A stretch of DNA of 64,000 nucleotides from an uncultured Clostridia bacterium (GTDB lineage: Bacteria; Bacillota; Clostridia; Christensenellales; UBA1242). The translations under genes and the position numbers were made by a program. Location of the stretch: positions 4,171 to 68,170 of the forward strand of contig CALWPI010000002.1 in NCBI GenBank assembly GCA_944383385.1, given 5' to 3'. The notes under the pieces are model-generated. The model was not told the DNA's origin. It searched no databases and saw nothing but the letters and a program-made list of their open reading frames with translations. Position 1 is the stretch's first letter. Each line of letters begins with the position of its first letter. Below, piece by piece: positions 1 through 8,225 of this stretch.

Positions 1-466
1 TAATTTTGATATTATCTAGTGTGTAATCTGTTTGATTTTGGATAACGTCGACAATTTGTGCAACTTCTGTTGATGTTAGTTCTGCACTTTGGACAACTAC
101 ATTTATATTTGATGCTGCTGTTGTTACAATAACATCATCAAATCCTTTTGCCTTTATCAAACTTTCTAGCGTCAATTCACTCTCAATTGTGGCAAGTATT
201 TCTGCTTTCTTTTCTTCAGCAGATTGTTTTGCTTCTGCACTTGAACTTGAACTTGCAATGATTGCATCTAGATATAACATTTCTTCGTTTCTAGCATCAA
301 CCCTATCTTCTCTATATGTTTGGAAGAAATTGGCCGTTGTAGTTGTATTTGTCTTTATTACATCATCACTTATTGAACTGTTGATAACAAGATTGAGTAC
401 TCCCGTAAGCGCCAGTAAAATACAAAATCCTGCAACTATAAAAATTTTCTTTTTCTTTGATAACAT
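1..466 (-). CDS. spoIIIAH: Stage III sporulation protein AH, C-terminus cut by window edge
   Basis: Not in the ORF track because it runs off the window. Manual minus-strand translation from ATG at 466 (RBS AAGGAGGG, plus 471-478) gives MLSKKKKIFIVAGFCILLALTGVLNLV..., a membrane anchor followed by a soluble domain. It is the last gene of the spoIIIA operon. Confidence 0.8.
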   Translation of the reverse strand, partial: MLSKKKKIFIVAGFCILLALTGVLNLVINSSISDDVIKTNTTTTANFFQTYREDRVDARNEEMLYLDAIIASSSSSAEAKQSAEEKKAEILATIESELTLESLIKAKGFDDVIVTTAASNINVVVQSAELTSTEVAQIVDVIQNQTDYTLDNIKI

Positions 467-476
467 ATTACCCTCC

Positions 477-1088
477 TTATATTCCAGCAAATACTTCTAT
501 TTGACTGCTATTAATCCCTAATACTGCTTGCACAGCAGATATTAGTTGCAATTTTACATAAGTGTCACTTGCCCCACTTGAAACAACTATGACACCTTTT
601 ATCTCTGGTAACTTTTCGTACAATATAAGAGGTTCATCTCCATTGCTGGTAGAAATGATAATTGGCTCTTTTTGTACTGTAACATTTGTGACTGAATCTG
701 CGTTTGTCGTTGTTGTTGTCGTATTTTCGTCACTATTTGTTGCGAATATTAGTTCTGGTCCACTATCAACTGATACCATGACTTTGACATTGCCAGCACC
801 TTTTATTGATTCCAACACAGTTTCCAACTTGTTTTCCAAACTCGCCACATACTCTGCTGTTGTAGTGTATGTTGATGTACTTGATTGATTAGAAACACTT
901 GACCCAGGCAAAAGCACCAATGCAATAATAACGACAATAAGTAGAACTAGTGGTACAAATATTTTGTTGTTTTTCAGGTACTTACTAATATCAATTTTTG
1001 GATTTTTCTTTTGCTCTACATTCTCGTTCGTATCTAGTTTTGTTATTTCGTAGTTTCGAACTTGTCCATTGTTTTCAACCAACCACAT
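477..1088 (-). CDS. spoIIIAG: Stage III sporulation protein AG
   Basis: 203 aa. One TM helix (IFVPLVLLIVVIIALVLL) and the C-terminal motif GVIVVSSGASDTYVKLQLISAVQAVLGI typical of SpoIIIAG. RBS AAGGAGG at plus 1092-1098. Operon order supports the call. Confidence 0.88.
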   Translation of the reverse strand: MWLVENNGQVRNYEITKLDTNENVEQKKNPKIDISKYLKNNKIFVPLVLLIVVIIALVLLPGSSVSNQSSTSTYTTTAEYVASLENKLETVLESIKGAGNVKVMVSVDSGPELIFATNSDENTTTTTTNADSVTNVTVQKEPIIISTSNGDEPLILYEKLPEIKGVIVVSSGASDTYVKLQLISAVQAVLGINSSQIEVFAGI

Positions 1089-1136
1089 CTGCCTCCTTTT
1101 TTGTATCTAGTATGATATATGAAATAAAAATAGACA

Positions 1137-1337
1137 TTATGATAAAGTTAGTCCAAATAATTGTCCAAAATCAAAGTTATTTGTCGAAAGCATACTAATA
1201 GGCTTGATTATTATGTACAAGAGAAAAACAGCAAACACGCTACGTATGATTGTTGACAACTTGCCTTCTGGCAAAATTTGGTCAAGCACAGCCTCGATAA
1301 ATACCACACCCACAATAGACAAAATGTATGCTGTCAT
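1137..1337 (-). CDS. spoIIIAF: Stage III sporulation protein AF, minimal 66-aa form (TM hairpin only)
   Basis: ILSIVGVVFIEAVLDQILPEGKLSTIIRSVFAVFLLYIIIKPISML matches the N-terminal two-TM region of B. subtilis SpoIIIAF (..IDMLLP..KY..VVSLLLIVVML.PI..L). It lies between spoIIIAE and spoIIIAG. Confidence 0.7.
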   Translation of the reverse strand: MTAYILSIVGVVFIEAVLDQILPEGKLSTIIRSVFAVFLLYIIIKPISMLSTNNFDFGQLFGLTLS

Positions 1338-1347
1338 AATTTTCCCC

Positions 1348-2523
1348 CTAAATCACATTTCCTGAACACAATATAAGTCCTATAAATAACATATACATAA
1401 ATGACACTCCAAGAATAAGAACAATTGGAAAGTTTAGAACTTTGACACAAGCAGTTGTGAAATTGCCTATTTCCTTTGCACCCAACGGTTCAATTAGACT
1501 TGCTACTAGCATAAGTGCAAGGCGCAAAACAATAATAGTAATGATTGGTATTAAAACGCTAGAAAGTATCAAAATCAATCCACCAACGCCAATAGCATTT
1601 TTGATTAGAACACTACTCATAACAACAAAATCAAGCCCGTCAGATATGTATCCACCAATTAGTGGAATATAACTTTTCATTGCAAACTTTGTTGCCTTAA
1701 AAGACAAGTTGTCATATTTGTTTGCAACAATACCTTGCACCATAAGAGCACCACTAAAAATAGTAAAAGCAAACCCTACTATATACTTAAAACAAGATGA
1801 TAAAAAATCTACAAATTTGTTTAGTTTTATATTTTTAGATATATTACCTATAACGGTAAAAATAAATGCCATAACAAATATTGGCAATAATATTTTAGAA
1901 AAAACATATGCAACGCCACTTGATAGAATGGCAACAATCGGCTTGTAAATGCTTACTAGTACGTTGTTTCCTATCGCAACCAACAATGACATGAGAATAG
2001 GCATAAGTACATCTATTTGAGACGATAAATTGTTAAGCACTGTTGATGTGATGTCTATCACATTATAAAACACTGATGAGACAACAATAATTGCCGCACT
2101 ATAACATGCAAAAGTCACAATAGTATTGACCCCTGATGTGTTTGTCCTAAAATTACCTATAATGACAGATAACACTGCAAGCCCTACAAGAGATAGCACA
2201 ATTGGTAATATGTTGGTGACATTATCAAAAAATAAAGATATTACACAAGATAGAAGATTTGTATAATTGAGTTCATAATCTCCTTTGATTAGGCCTGTTA
2301 TTTTTTCCTTAAAAGACAAATCGCCAAACAAATTGCTTTTATCATTCAAGTCATCTACAAGTCCGTCCAAATCACCAAATTCTATATCTTCTAGAGTATC
2401 ATCAACAGCATCACCCAATTCTTGTTCAATATCTGTTGACTCTTGTGCGTATACCACTATATTTGGTGGCACAAAAAATAGTAATACGCCTACAAATAAA
2501 AATAATAAGTATTTTAATTTCAT
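1348..2523 (-). CDS. spoIIIAE: Stage III sporulation protein AE (polytopic membrane protein)
   Basis: 391 aa with a signal-like N-terminus and an acidic linker followed by multiple TM helices. It overlaps the spoIIIAD stop, and operon order fits. Confidence 0.9.
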   Translation of the reverse strand: MKLKYLLFLFVGVLLFFVPPNIVVYAQESTDIEQELGDAVDDTLEDIEFGDLDGLVDDLNDKSNLFGDLSFKEKITGLIKGDYELNYTNLLSCVISLFFDNVTNILPIVLSLVGLAVLSVIIGNFRTNTSGVNTIVTFACYSAAIIVVSSVFYNVIDITSTVLNNLSSQIDVLMPILMSLLVAIGNNVLVSIYKPIVAILSSGVAYVFSKILLPIFVMAFIFTVIGNISKNIKLNKFVDFLSSCFKYIVGFAFTIFSGALMVQGIVANKYDNLSFKATKFAMKSYIPLIGGYISDGLDFVVMSSVLIKNAIGVGGLILILSSVLIPIITIIVLRLALMLVASLIEPLGAKEIGNFTTACVKVLNFPIVLILGVSFMYMLFIGLILCSGNVI

Positions 2524-2906
2524 TGTAAAATACCAACAACAATCTCAAACAAAGACGATATTATAGGTAATGACATAAGTAGTATCATCACCTTGCCACC
2601 CAATATCAATTTGTCTCCAATACTGTTATTCCCTGTATCATTACAAACACCAACACCAAATTCAATCAAATACCCAACACCAATTATTTTGAAAACTATT
2701 TTGAACAAGTCGCTATCAATACCTGTTTTTGTAATCATTTTATTGAGCACAACAAAAATTGATGTAAAACTAGACAATGTGTAATACAGTAGAATGACTC
2801 CACCAATAACTAAAATATACAAACTAAATTCTGGTCGTACTTGTTTACAAATAATTGCAGCAATACATACTATAATGGCAATGCCAACTAATTTTAGTAC
2901 TTCCAT
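2520..2906 (-). CDS. spoIIIAD: Stage III sporulation protein AD
   Basis: 128 aa with four TM segments, matching SpoIIIAD in size and position. Confidence 0.88.
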   Translation of the reverse strand: MEVLKLVGIAIIVCIAAIICKQVRPEFSLYILVIGGVILLYYTLSSFTSIFVVLNKMITKTGIDSDLFKIVFKIIGVGYLIEFGVGVCNDTGNNSIGDKLILGGKVMILLMSLPIISSLFEIVVGILQ

Positions 2907-2920
2907 ATCACTCTCCGTAT

Positions 2921-3115
2921 TTATAATGAAAACATCTGTTTTATAGTGTCGAACAAATTACCAACCAAATCTAATACCATAAACAAAACAATAACAATGC
3001 CTGCAAGTGTTGCAAGCGTTGCGATTTCTTCTTTGCCTGACTGTTTGAGAACTTGTCCAACCACAGCAGTCAATAGCCCAATACCTGCAATTTTTATGAT
3101 AATATCAATCCCCAT
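2921..3115 (-). CDS. spoIIIAC: Stage III sporulation protein AC
   Basis: 64 aa. GIGLLTAVVGQVLKQSGKEEIATLATLAGIVIVLFMV resembles B. subtilis SpoIIIAC (..ILDQMGKKEYAQWVTLLGFIYILFMV). Confidence 0.9.
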   Translation of the reverse strand: MGIDIIIKIAGIGLLTAVVGQVLKQSGKEEIATLATLAGIVIVLFMVLDLVGNLFDTIKQMFSL

Positions 3116-3124
3116 AATTCTCTC

Positions 3125-3583
3125 CTATAAAAGCAATATTGCAATGACAAGTGACAAAATAAATGCTAGTTTGAATGACAAAACGCCATATTTATCATAC
3201 ATTTCCTGACAATGCTTTTCTTGTTCTTCAAAATTTGTTTTTGCGTTTCCTATATTTGATTTCTCTCCAACAATATCATATTGTCCAAGAGTGGATATAA
3301 ATTGTTTTATATTGTTTTTTTCATTATTAGATAAATATAATGTAGATATCTCTTTGTCGTTTACCACATTCATAACATCATTTTTTATAACTAAATCGTC
3401 TAAATTACTATCAAAAAATGTTTTGAGTTTTACCCTATTAAAATCCAGGTTGTTTTGCAATCTATGACACAATACTATAAGGTCTTTGTAGTATACTATG
3501 CGATTGTAAAAAAATGACTTTATCACGTGTCCAATATACACAATGCATAGTATTTCCGTCGCAATTAAAATTAGTTTTAACAT
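3125..3583 (-). CDS. spoIIIAB: Stage III sporulation protein AB
   Basis: I chose the start at the internal ATG (3583) giving MLKLILIA..., which matches the B. subtilis SpoIIIAB N-terminus MLKLLGA. The ORF-track start at 3601 adds 6 aa that overlap spoIIIAA. Confidence 0.85.
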   Translation of the reverse strand: MLKLILIATEILCIVYIGHVIKSFFYNRIVYYKDLIVLCHRLQNNLDFNRVKLKTFFDSNLDDLVIKNDVMNVVNDKEISTLYLSNNEKNNIKQFISTLGQYDIVGEKSNIGNAKTNFEEQEKHCQEMYDKYGVLSFKLAFILSLVIAILLL

Positions 3584-3584
3584 A

Positions 3585-4508
3585 CTACCTTCCACCAACA
3601 CTAATTAGTGCAAAATGTTTGTCATAAACGCATTCAATAGTACCCACTCCACATCTATCAGATAAGACAATATATGTATCAAACATATTGTTGTTGATTA
3701 AGTTTCGAAACTGTGTTTTTTGTTTCAAATCATCAATACTATTTGCATGAATTGTGGCAATAACTTTGACCCCACAAGTCAGTGCTCTATTTAGACAATC
3801 GACATCTGTATCAAGATTGAGTTCATCACATGCAATAACATCAGGTCGCATACTTCTAATGCCATTATCAAACGCATAGGCTTTTGTGCAATTCATATAG
3901 ACGTCGCAATACTCGCCAATATCCAAATAATCAACACCTTCACTGTATCCTGCAATCTCACACCTTTCGTCAGCAACTAGCAAATTAATTGCCTGTTCGT
4001 GCATACAAATTTGTGTAATTATATCCCTTAAAAATGTTGTTTTCCCACAACCCGGTGGAGATATAATAAGAGTATTTTGACACTTGCCATTTCTTACAAC
4101 AAAATTATATACTGGCAAACTACAATTTTTTACAATATGTGGTATACGAATATTTAGTGATGAAATATTTTTGATTGATATTATTTTATCTTGGTCTCGA
4201 ACAATCTCACCACAAATACCAATTCTTATCCCACCTTTTATTGTAAGATATCCAGAAACTATTTGATTGTTGACAGCATAAAGAGAGTTGTCACTTGCAT
4301 TTTTTAGTGTGTATTGCAAATCATTTTTGGTGGAATAAATTGCGTCATTTTTGTTAGTAGTAATCCCACTTTGGCACAAGTAATAATTTTTTCCCTCATA
4401 CATTACAATTATTGGCTTGTCCACTCTCAAATGAATCTCATTTAGTTTTGATATAGATAATGTGTCTATTGCAGACAAAATGTTGTATGACAATATTTTT
4501 GATAACAT
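3585..4508 (-). CDS. spoIIIAA: Stage III sporulation protein AA (AAA+ ATPase)
   Basis: 307 aa with Walker A PPGCGKTTFLRD and Walker B DVIACDE. It is the first gene of the spoIIIA operon, with RBS GGAGAAG upstream. Confidence 0.92.
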   Translation of the reverse strand: MLSKILSYNILSAIDTLSISKLNEIHLRVDKPIIVMYEGKNYYLCQSGITTNKNDAIYSTKNDLQYTLKNASDNSLYAVNNQIVSGYLTIKGGIRIGICGEIVRDQDKIISIKNISSLNIRIPHIVKNCSLPVYNFVVRNGKCQNTLIISPPGCGKTTFLRDIITQICMHEQAINLLVADERCEIAGYSEGVDYLDIGEYCDVYMNCTKAYAFDNGIRSMRPDVIACDELNLDTDVDCLNRALTCGVKVIATIHANSIDDLKQKTQFRNLINNNMFDTYIVLSDRCGVGTIECVYDKHFALISVGGR

Positions 4509-4526
4509 ACTCTTCTCCTACACAAA

Positions 4527-4555
4527 ATTATATGAATCAAAAAATGGTATAATGT
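4527..4555 (-). promoter_or_regulatory. Possible sigma-E-type promoter of the spoIIIA operon
   Basis: On the minus strand, ACATTAT is followed by a 14-nt spacer and then CATATAAT (sigma-E -10 consensus is CATACA-T), 18 nt before the spoIIIAA ATG. The -35 match is weak. Confidence 0.25.
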
Positions 4556-4570
4556 TTGACTCAAAACAAT

Positions 4571-4604
4571 AAAAAAAATGACCATATACAAAATAGTCAT
4601 TTTT
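4571..4604 (-). terminator. Intrinsic terminator after efp
   Basis: The minus strand reads AAAATGAC-loop-GTCATTTT followed by a T-run, about 30 nt after the efp stop. Confidence 0.75.
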
Positions 4605-4635
4605 AGTCAAAATATTCTTATTTACAACAAATATG

Positions 4636-5193
4636 TTATACTCTTTCCACATAAGTCGATGTTCTTGTGTCTACTTTGATTGTTTCGTCTTGATTTACAA
4701 ATAATGGCACTTCAACAATTAGTCCCGTTTCTAATGTTGCAGGTTTTGTCGCTGCCCTTTGAGTATCGCCTGCGACAGCAGGTTCACAATAAGTTATTTT
4801 CATATTAACAAATACTGGTGGTTCGACTCTATATGGTCTGTCTTTGTAACTGTATACTGTTACCATTAGCCCATCAATCAAAAAGTTTTTTGTGTCACTT
4901 ATTTGGTTCTCATCAAACTGTAACTGTTCATACGTATTAGTATTCATAAAATAATAGAAATCACCGTCATTATACAGATATTGCATTTCTTGTTTTTCGA
5001 TTTCACCATTTTGAAATCTATCCGTTGGATTAAAGGTCACTTCTTTTACTTGACCTGTAACAATATTTTTTATTTTAAGACGCACTATTGCTCCACCACG
5101 AGCGTTTTTTACGTGTTGAAAGTCAATCACACTAAAAACATTGCCTTCATATTCAAATACTGAACTTTTTCTCAAATCTCCTGCTTGTATCAT
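4636..5193 (-). CDS. efp: Elongation factor P
   Basis: 185 aa. MIQAGDLRKSSVFEYEGNVFSVIDFQHVKNARGGA..VRLKIKN is the classic EF-P N-terminus. The start overlaps the upstream gene's stop by 1 nt (TAATG). Confidence 0.97.
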   Translation of the reverse strand: MIQAGDLRKSSVFEYEGNVFSVIDFQHVKNARGGAIVRLKIKNIVTGQVKEVTFNPTDRFQNGEIEKQEMQYLYNDGDFYYFMNTNTYEQLQFDENQISDTKNFLIDGLMVTVYSYKDRPYRVEPPVFVNMKITYCEPAVAGDTQRAATKPATLETGLIVEVPLFVNQDETIKVDTRTSTYVERV

Positions 5194-6050
5194 TATCTCT
5201 CACCCTTTGTCTTTTCATATATTTGTTTCATTTTTAGAGCATCTTCTGCTTGTGTATCACGACTTTCACATATGATTATTGGTTCAATACCATTTTCAAC
5301 CATATATTCTGCAAGTGGTTCAAAATGTGGACCAAACTTTTCATCTTCAAATGTCAAATGCTTGATTTCGCCCTTGTCATTATATTCAATTTTTGAAAAA
5401 TGAATATGTGGATGATTCGTTCTTTCATCTCCAAGTTTTGCTCTGCAATACTCAAAAATTGGTGCATAATCTTCTTTTGATTTGAGTGCTCCTTGTAATA
5501 CACAATTTATATGACCAAAATCAAATGTTGGCATATAGTGGTCATATAATGTACACAAATCAATAATCTCTTTGTAAGAACCAATTTGTGAATATTTGCC
5601 CATTGTCTCCAAACACAACCACATATCTCCAAAGCCTGCGTCAATTACTTTTTCTTTTAATGTTATTAGACGCTTTTTTGTAAGTTCTAAGGCTTCTTCT
5701 CTTGTCATTTTACCTTGCGTTGCACTATGTATTACAAGTCTTGTCCCACCAAGATTTTTGAGTGCTTTTAGACTATCTAAAACATATTTATAACTTTTTT
5801 CTGCCATTTCGTCGCTTGGGTTTGCAAAGTTGATATAATATGGTGCGTGGGCAGTGATTTCAATATCATATTTTCTTGCTTCTTCGGCAATATTATGAGC
5901 AGTTTTCTCCCCTACATTTACCCCACGAGTAAAACTATATTCGTAAGCATTCAAGCCCATATTATGTAGATATTCAGGCACTTCAATCGAACTTTTTCGT
6001 CCACTTTCATAAAACGAAGCACCATTTCCACTTGGTCCAAATCTCACCAT
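5193..6050 (-). CDS. Endonuclease IV-like / xylose-isomerase-like TIM-barrel protein
   Basis: 285 aa. Contains RFGPSG, AHAPYYINFANP, LVIHS and HIHFSKIE, a metal-ligand-like His/Glu pattern of the AP endonuclease 2 TIM-barrel superfamily. Confidence 0.7.
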   Translation of the reverse strand: MVRFGPSGNGASFYESGRKSSIEVPEYLHNMGLNAYEYSFTRGVNVGEKTAHNIAEEARKYDIEITAHAPYYINFANPSDEMAEKSYKYVLDSLKALKNLGGTRLVIHSATQGKMTREEALELTKKRLITLKEKVIDAGFGDMWLCLETMGKYSQIGSYKEIIDLCTLYDHYMPTFDFGHINCVLQGALKSKEDYAPIFEYCRAKLGDERTNHPHIHFSKIEYNDKGEIKHLTFEDEKFGPHFEPLAEYMVENGIEPIIICESRDTQAEDALKMKQIYEKTKGER

Positions 6051-6059
6051 ATTTTTCTC

Positions 6060-6905
6060 CTAATTATCATATAAATTTATTAAAATTTTTAATGTTTTGT
6101 TTATAATTTTACCTACACCAAATAGAGTTTTGTTAGTATAGACAAAAACATTACCGTCAAATATTTCTTTGACAAAAATACCAACCCCATTTTTGATTTT
6201 TTGGCTTTTGTCGTCATCCAAAAATATTTTAGGATAATTACTAAAAACTTTTTCTACTGAAATAATATCATTTTCTGTAACATTATCAACTAAAATACTA
6301 TTTTCAAGTTCAAAATAACCACTTTTAGTTCTAATAAGAGATGTCATTGTTGCAAAAGTGTCTAGCATATGTGCCATATCACGACAAATGCTTCGAATAT
6401 ATGTTCCTGCACTACATTGAATATCAAAAACAAAATTATTTTGTTTTTGTTCAACAAGTTTGATATCAAAAATAGTTATTTCTTTTGGTTTTAGTTCAAA
6501 ATCAACATTTTGACGTGCCAAATCATATGCTCTTTGTCCGTTTACTTTTTTTGCGCTATATTTTGGGGGCATTTGTGACACTTTACCAATAAGACTTGAT
6601 AGTATTTCATTTATTTGCATTTTGGTCGGTATAGGCCCATTTTCGTGCGTTATAGCACCATAACTATCTAATGTATCCGTCTCATAACCAAATGTAAATG
6701 TTGCTCTATAATATTTTATTTTTTCATTCAAATAGTCAAACATGCGACAGGCCTTGCCAATTGCTATTGGCAATACACCACTTGCCATTGGGTCAAGTGT
6801 ACCCATGTGTCCTGCCTTTTTTATATGTAATTTATTTTTGATTTGAGCAACAATTTTAGCACTAGAAATATTAGTTGGTTTATTGATATTTAGAAATCCT
6901 ATCAT
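6060..6905 (-). CDS. truB: tRNA pseudouridine(55) synthase TruB
   Basis: Catalytic motif GHMGTLDPMASGVLPIAIGKA. I chose the ATG at 6905 (ATGA overlap with the nrnA stop, RBS AAGGA); the ORF-track start at 6920 is a TTG. Confidence 0.93.
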   Translation of the reverse strand: MIGFLNINKPTNISSAKIVAQIKNKLHIKKAGHMGTLDPMASGVLPIAIGKACRMFDYLNEKIKYYRATFTFGYETDTLDSYGAITHENGPIPTKMQINEILSSLIGKVSQMPPKYSAKKVNGQRAYDLARQNVDFELKPKEITIFDIKLVEQKQNNFVFDIQCSAGTYIRSICRDMAHMLDTFATMTSLIRTKSGYFELENSILVDNVTENDIISVEKVFSNYPKIFLDDDKSQKIKNGVGIFVKEIFDGNVFVYTNKTLFGVGKIINKTLKILINLYDN

Positions 6906-7861
6906 ACAAAATCCTTGCAAACATCAGTAATTTTTTTCTTTACAGTTGTTATACCACCAAATATTTTAGCCCCTGCCGCCATTTTGTGACCACCACCGCC
7001 AAATGTTTCAGCAATTTTGCTAACGTCCACCGTACCATTGGTTCGAAAAGATACTGCAAATAGATTGGGCTTTTCTTCACTAAGCATAACAGCAACTTTT
7101 GTTGTATCAACGTTCGAGATATAATTTACAAATCCTAATGTGTCGCTTTGCTCTGCCCCTGTCTTTTCAAAATCAGTCAATTTAAGATGTATAAATGCAA
7201 CTTTATCATCAAGCGCAAAAGACAAATTACCAAGACAAATATGCAATAATTCTAATTGTGCACGGGTGCGTCTTTTGAATTCATAGTAATGAATTTTGTT
7301 GATATCAATATTGTATTCAAGCAGTTTTGATGCAATTTCGTGAGTATTTGATGTGGTATTGTCATGCATAAAACAACCTGTGTCCGAAGCAAGTCCAATA
7401 TATAAGCACGTTGCAATATTATCGTCCAACTCTACACCAAGTTGATTGATAACATAATACAACACTTCACACGTCGAACTAACTATTTCGACTTGATTTA
7501 AGTTGGCAAACTGCTCATTAGTTTTGTGATGGTCAATTTTGATAGAAAATGGTATTTTATCAAAAAGTTTTGCGCACTCACCCATTCTTTTTTTGTCTGA
7601 ACAATCAAGAGCAATTGCCAAATCATATTTTTTATTCTTGTCGTTTGTCTGTTTTATGCACTTATAGTTTGAAATATAACAATAATGTTCTGGTATTTTT
7701 GATTCACAATATATGTCACATTCCTTACCAATTTTTTCTAACACGTATTTCATAGCACAAGAAGAGCCCAATGCATCTCCGTCTGGTTTTGTATGACAAA
7801 ACAACGCAATACACTTGCTCTTCTTTATTGTGTCTATAATATCACTATTTATTTTCATCAA
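6902..7861 (-). CDS. nrnA: DHH/DHHA1 phosphoesterase (NrnA-type oligoribonuclease/pAp phosphatase)
   Basis: 319 aa with HTKPDGDALGS, DHH (KIDHHKT) and GGGH motifs, in the rbfA-nrnA-truB arrangement. Confidence 0.88.
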   Translation of the reverse strand: MMKINSDIIDTIKKSKCIALFCHTKPDGDALGSSCAMKYVLEKIGKECDIYCESKIPEHYCYISNYKCIKQTNDKNKKYDLAIALDCSDKKRMGECAKLFDKIPFSIKIDHHKTNEQFANLNQVEIVSSTCEVLYYVINQLGVELDDNIATCLYIGLASDTGCFMHDNTTSNTHEIASKLLEYNIDINKIHYYEFKRRTRAQLELLHICLGNLSFALDDKVAFIHLKLTDFEKTGAEQSDTLGFVNYISNVDTTKVAVMLSEEKPNLFAVSFRTNGTVDVSKIAETFGGGGHKMAAGAKIFGGITTVKKKITDVCKDFV

Positions 7862-8210
7862 TATTATTTTTTCTTTCCTTTTCTATATCTTTAATCAACT
7901 CGTTTATTTGAGCAGTATACTCAATACCCATATCCAAATTAAATTCAAGAAATGGCATTTTTCTTAAATCAAGTTTTCTGCAAACTTCTTTTCTTATATA
8001 TCCAGCAGAATGCAAAATGCTATTAAAGACATCTTGTTTGTCCCCTGGCGTCATAATACTAACATATACTTTTGCATACTCCAAATTGTTAGAAGTATCT
8101 ACCTTAGTTACAGTGATTATTCCGTTGATATTTGGATTCTGCAAATTATATGTTATGACTTCGGATATTGCTTTTTGCATTTCTGCATTTATTTTATCCA
8201 TTCTACTCAT
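7845..8210 (-). CDS. rbfA: Ribosome-binding factor A
   Basis: 121 aa. RMDKINAEMQKAISEVI...ITVTKVDTSNNLEYAKVYVS is the RbfA signature. It lies directly downstream of infB. Confidence 0.95.
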   Translation of the reverse strand: MSRMDKINAEMQKAISEVITYNLQNPNINGIITVTKVDTSNNLEYAKVYVSIMTPGDKQDVFNSILHSAGYIRKEVCRKLDLRKMPFLEFNLDMGIEYTAQINELIKDIEKERKNNIDENK

Positions 8211-8225
8211 AATATTGAACCTTTT

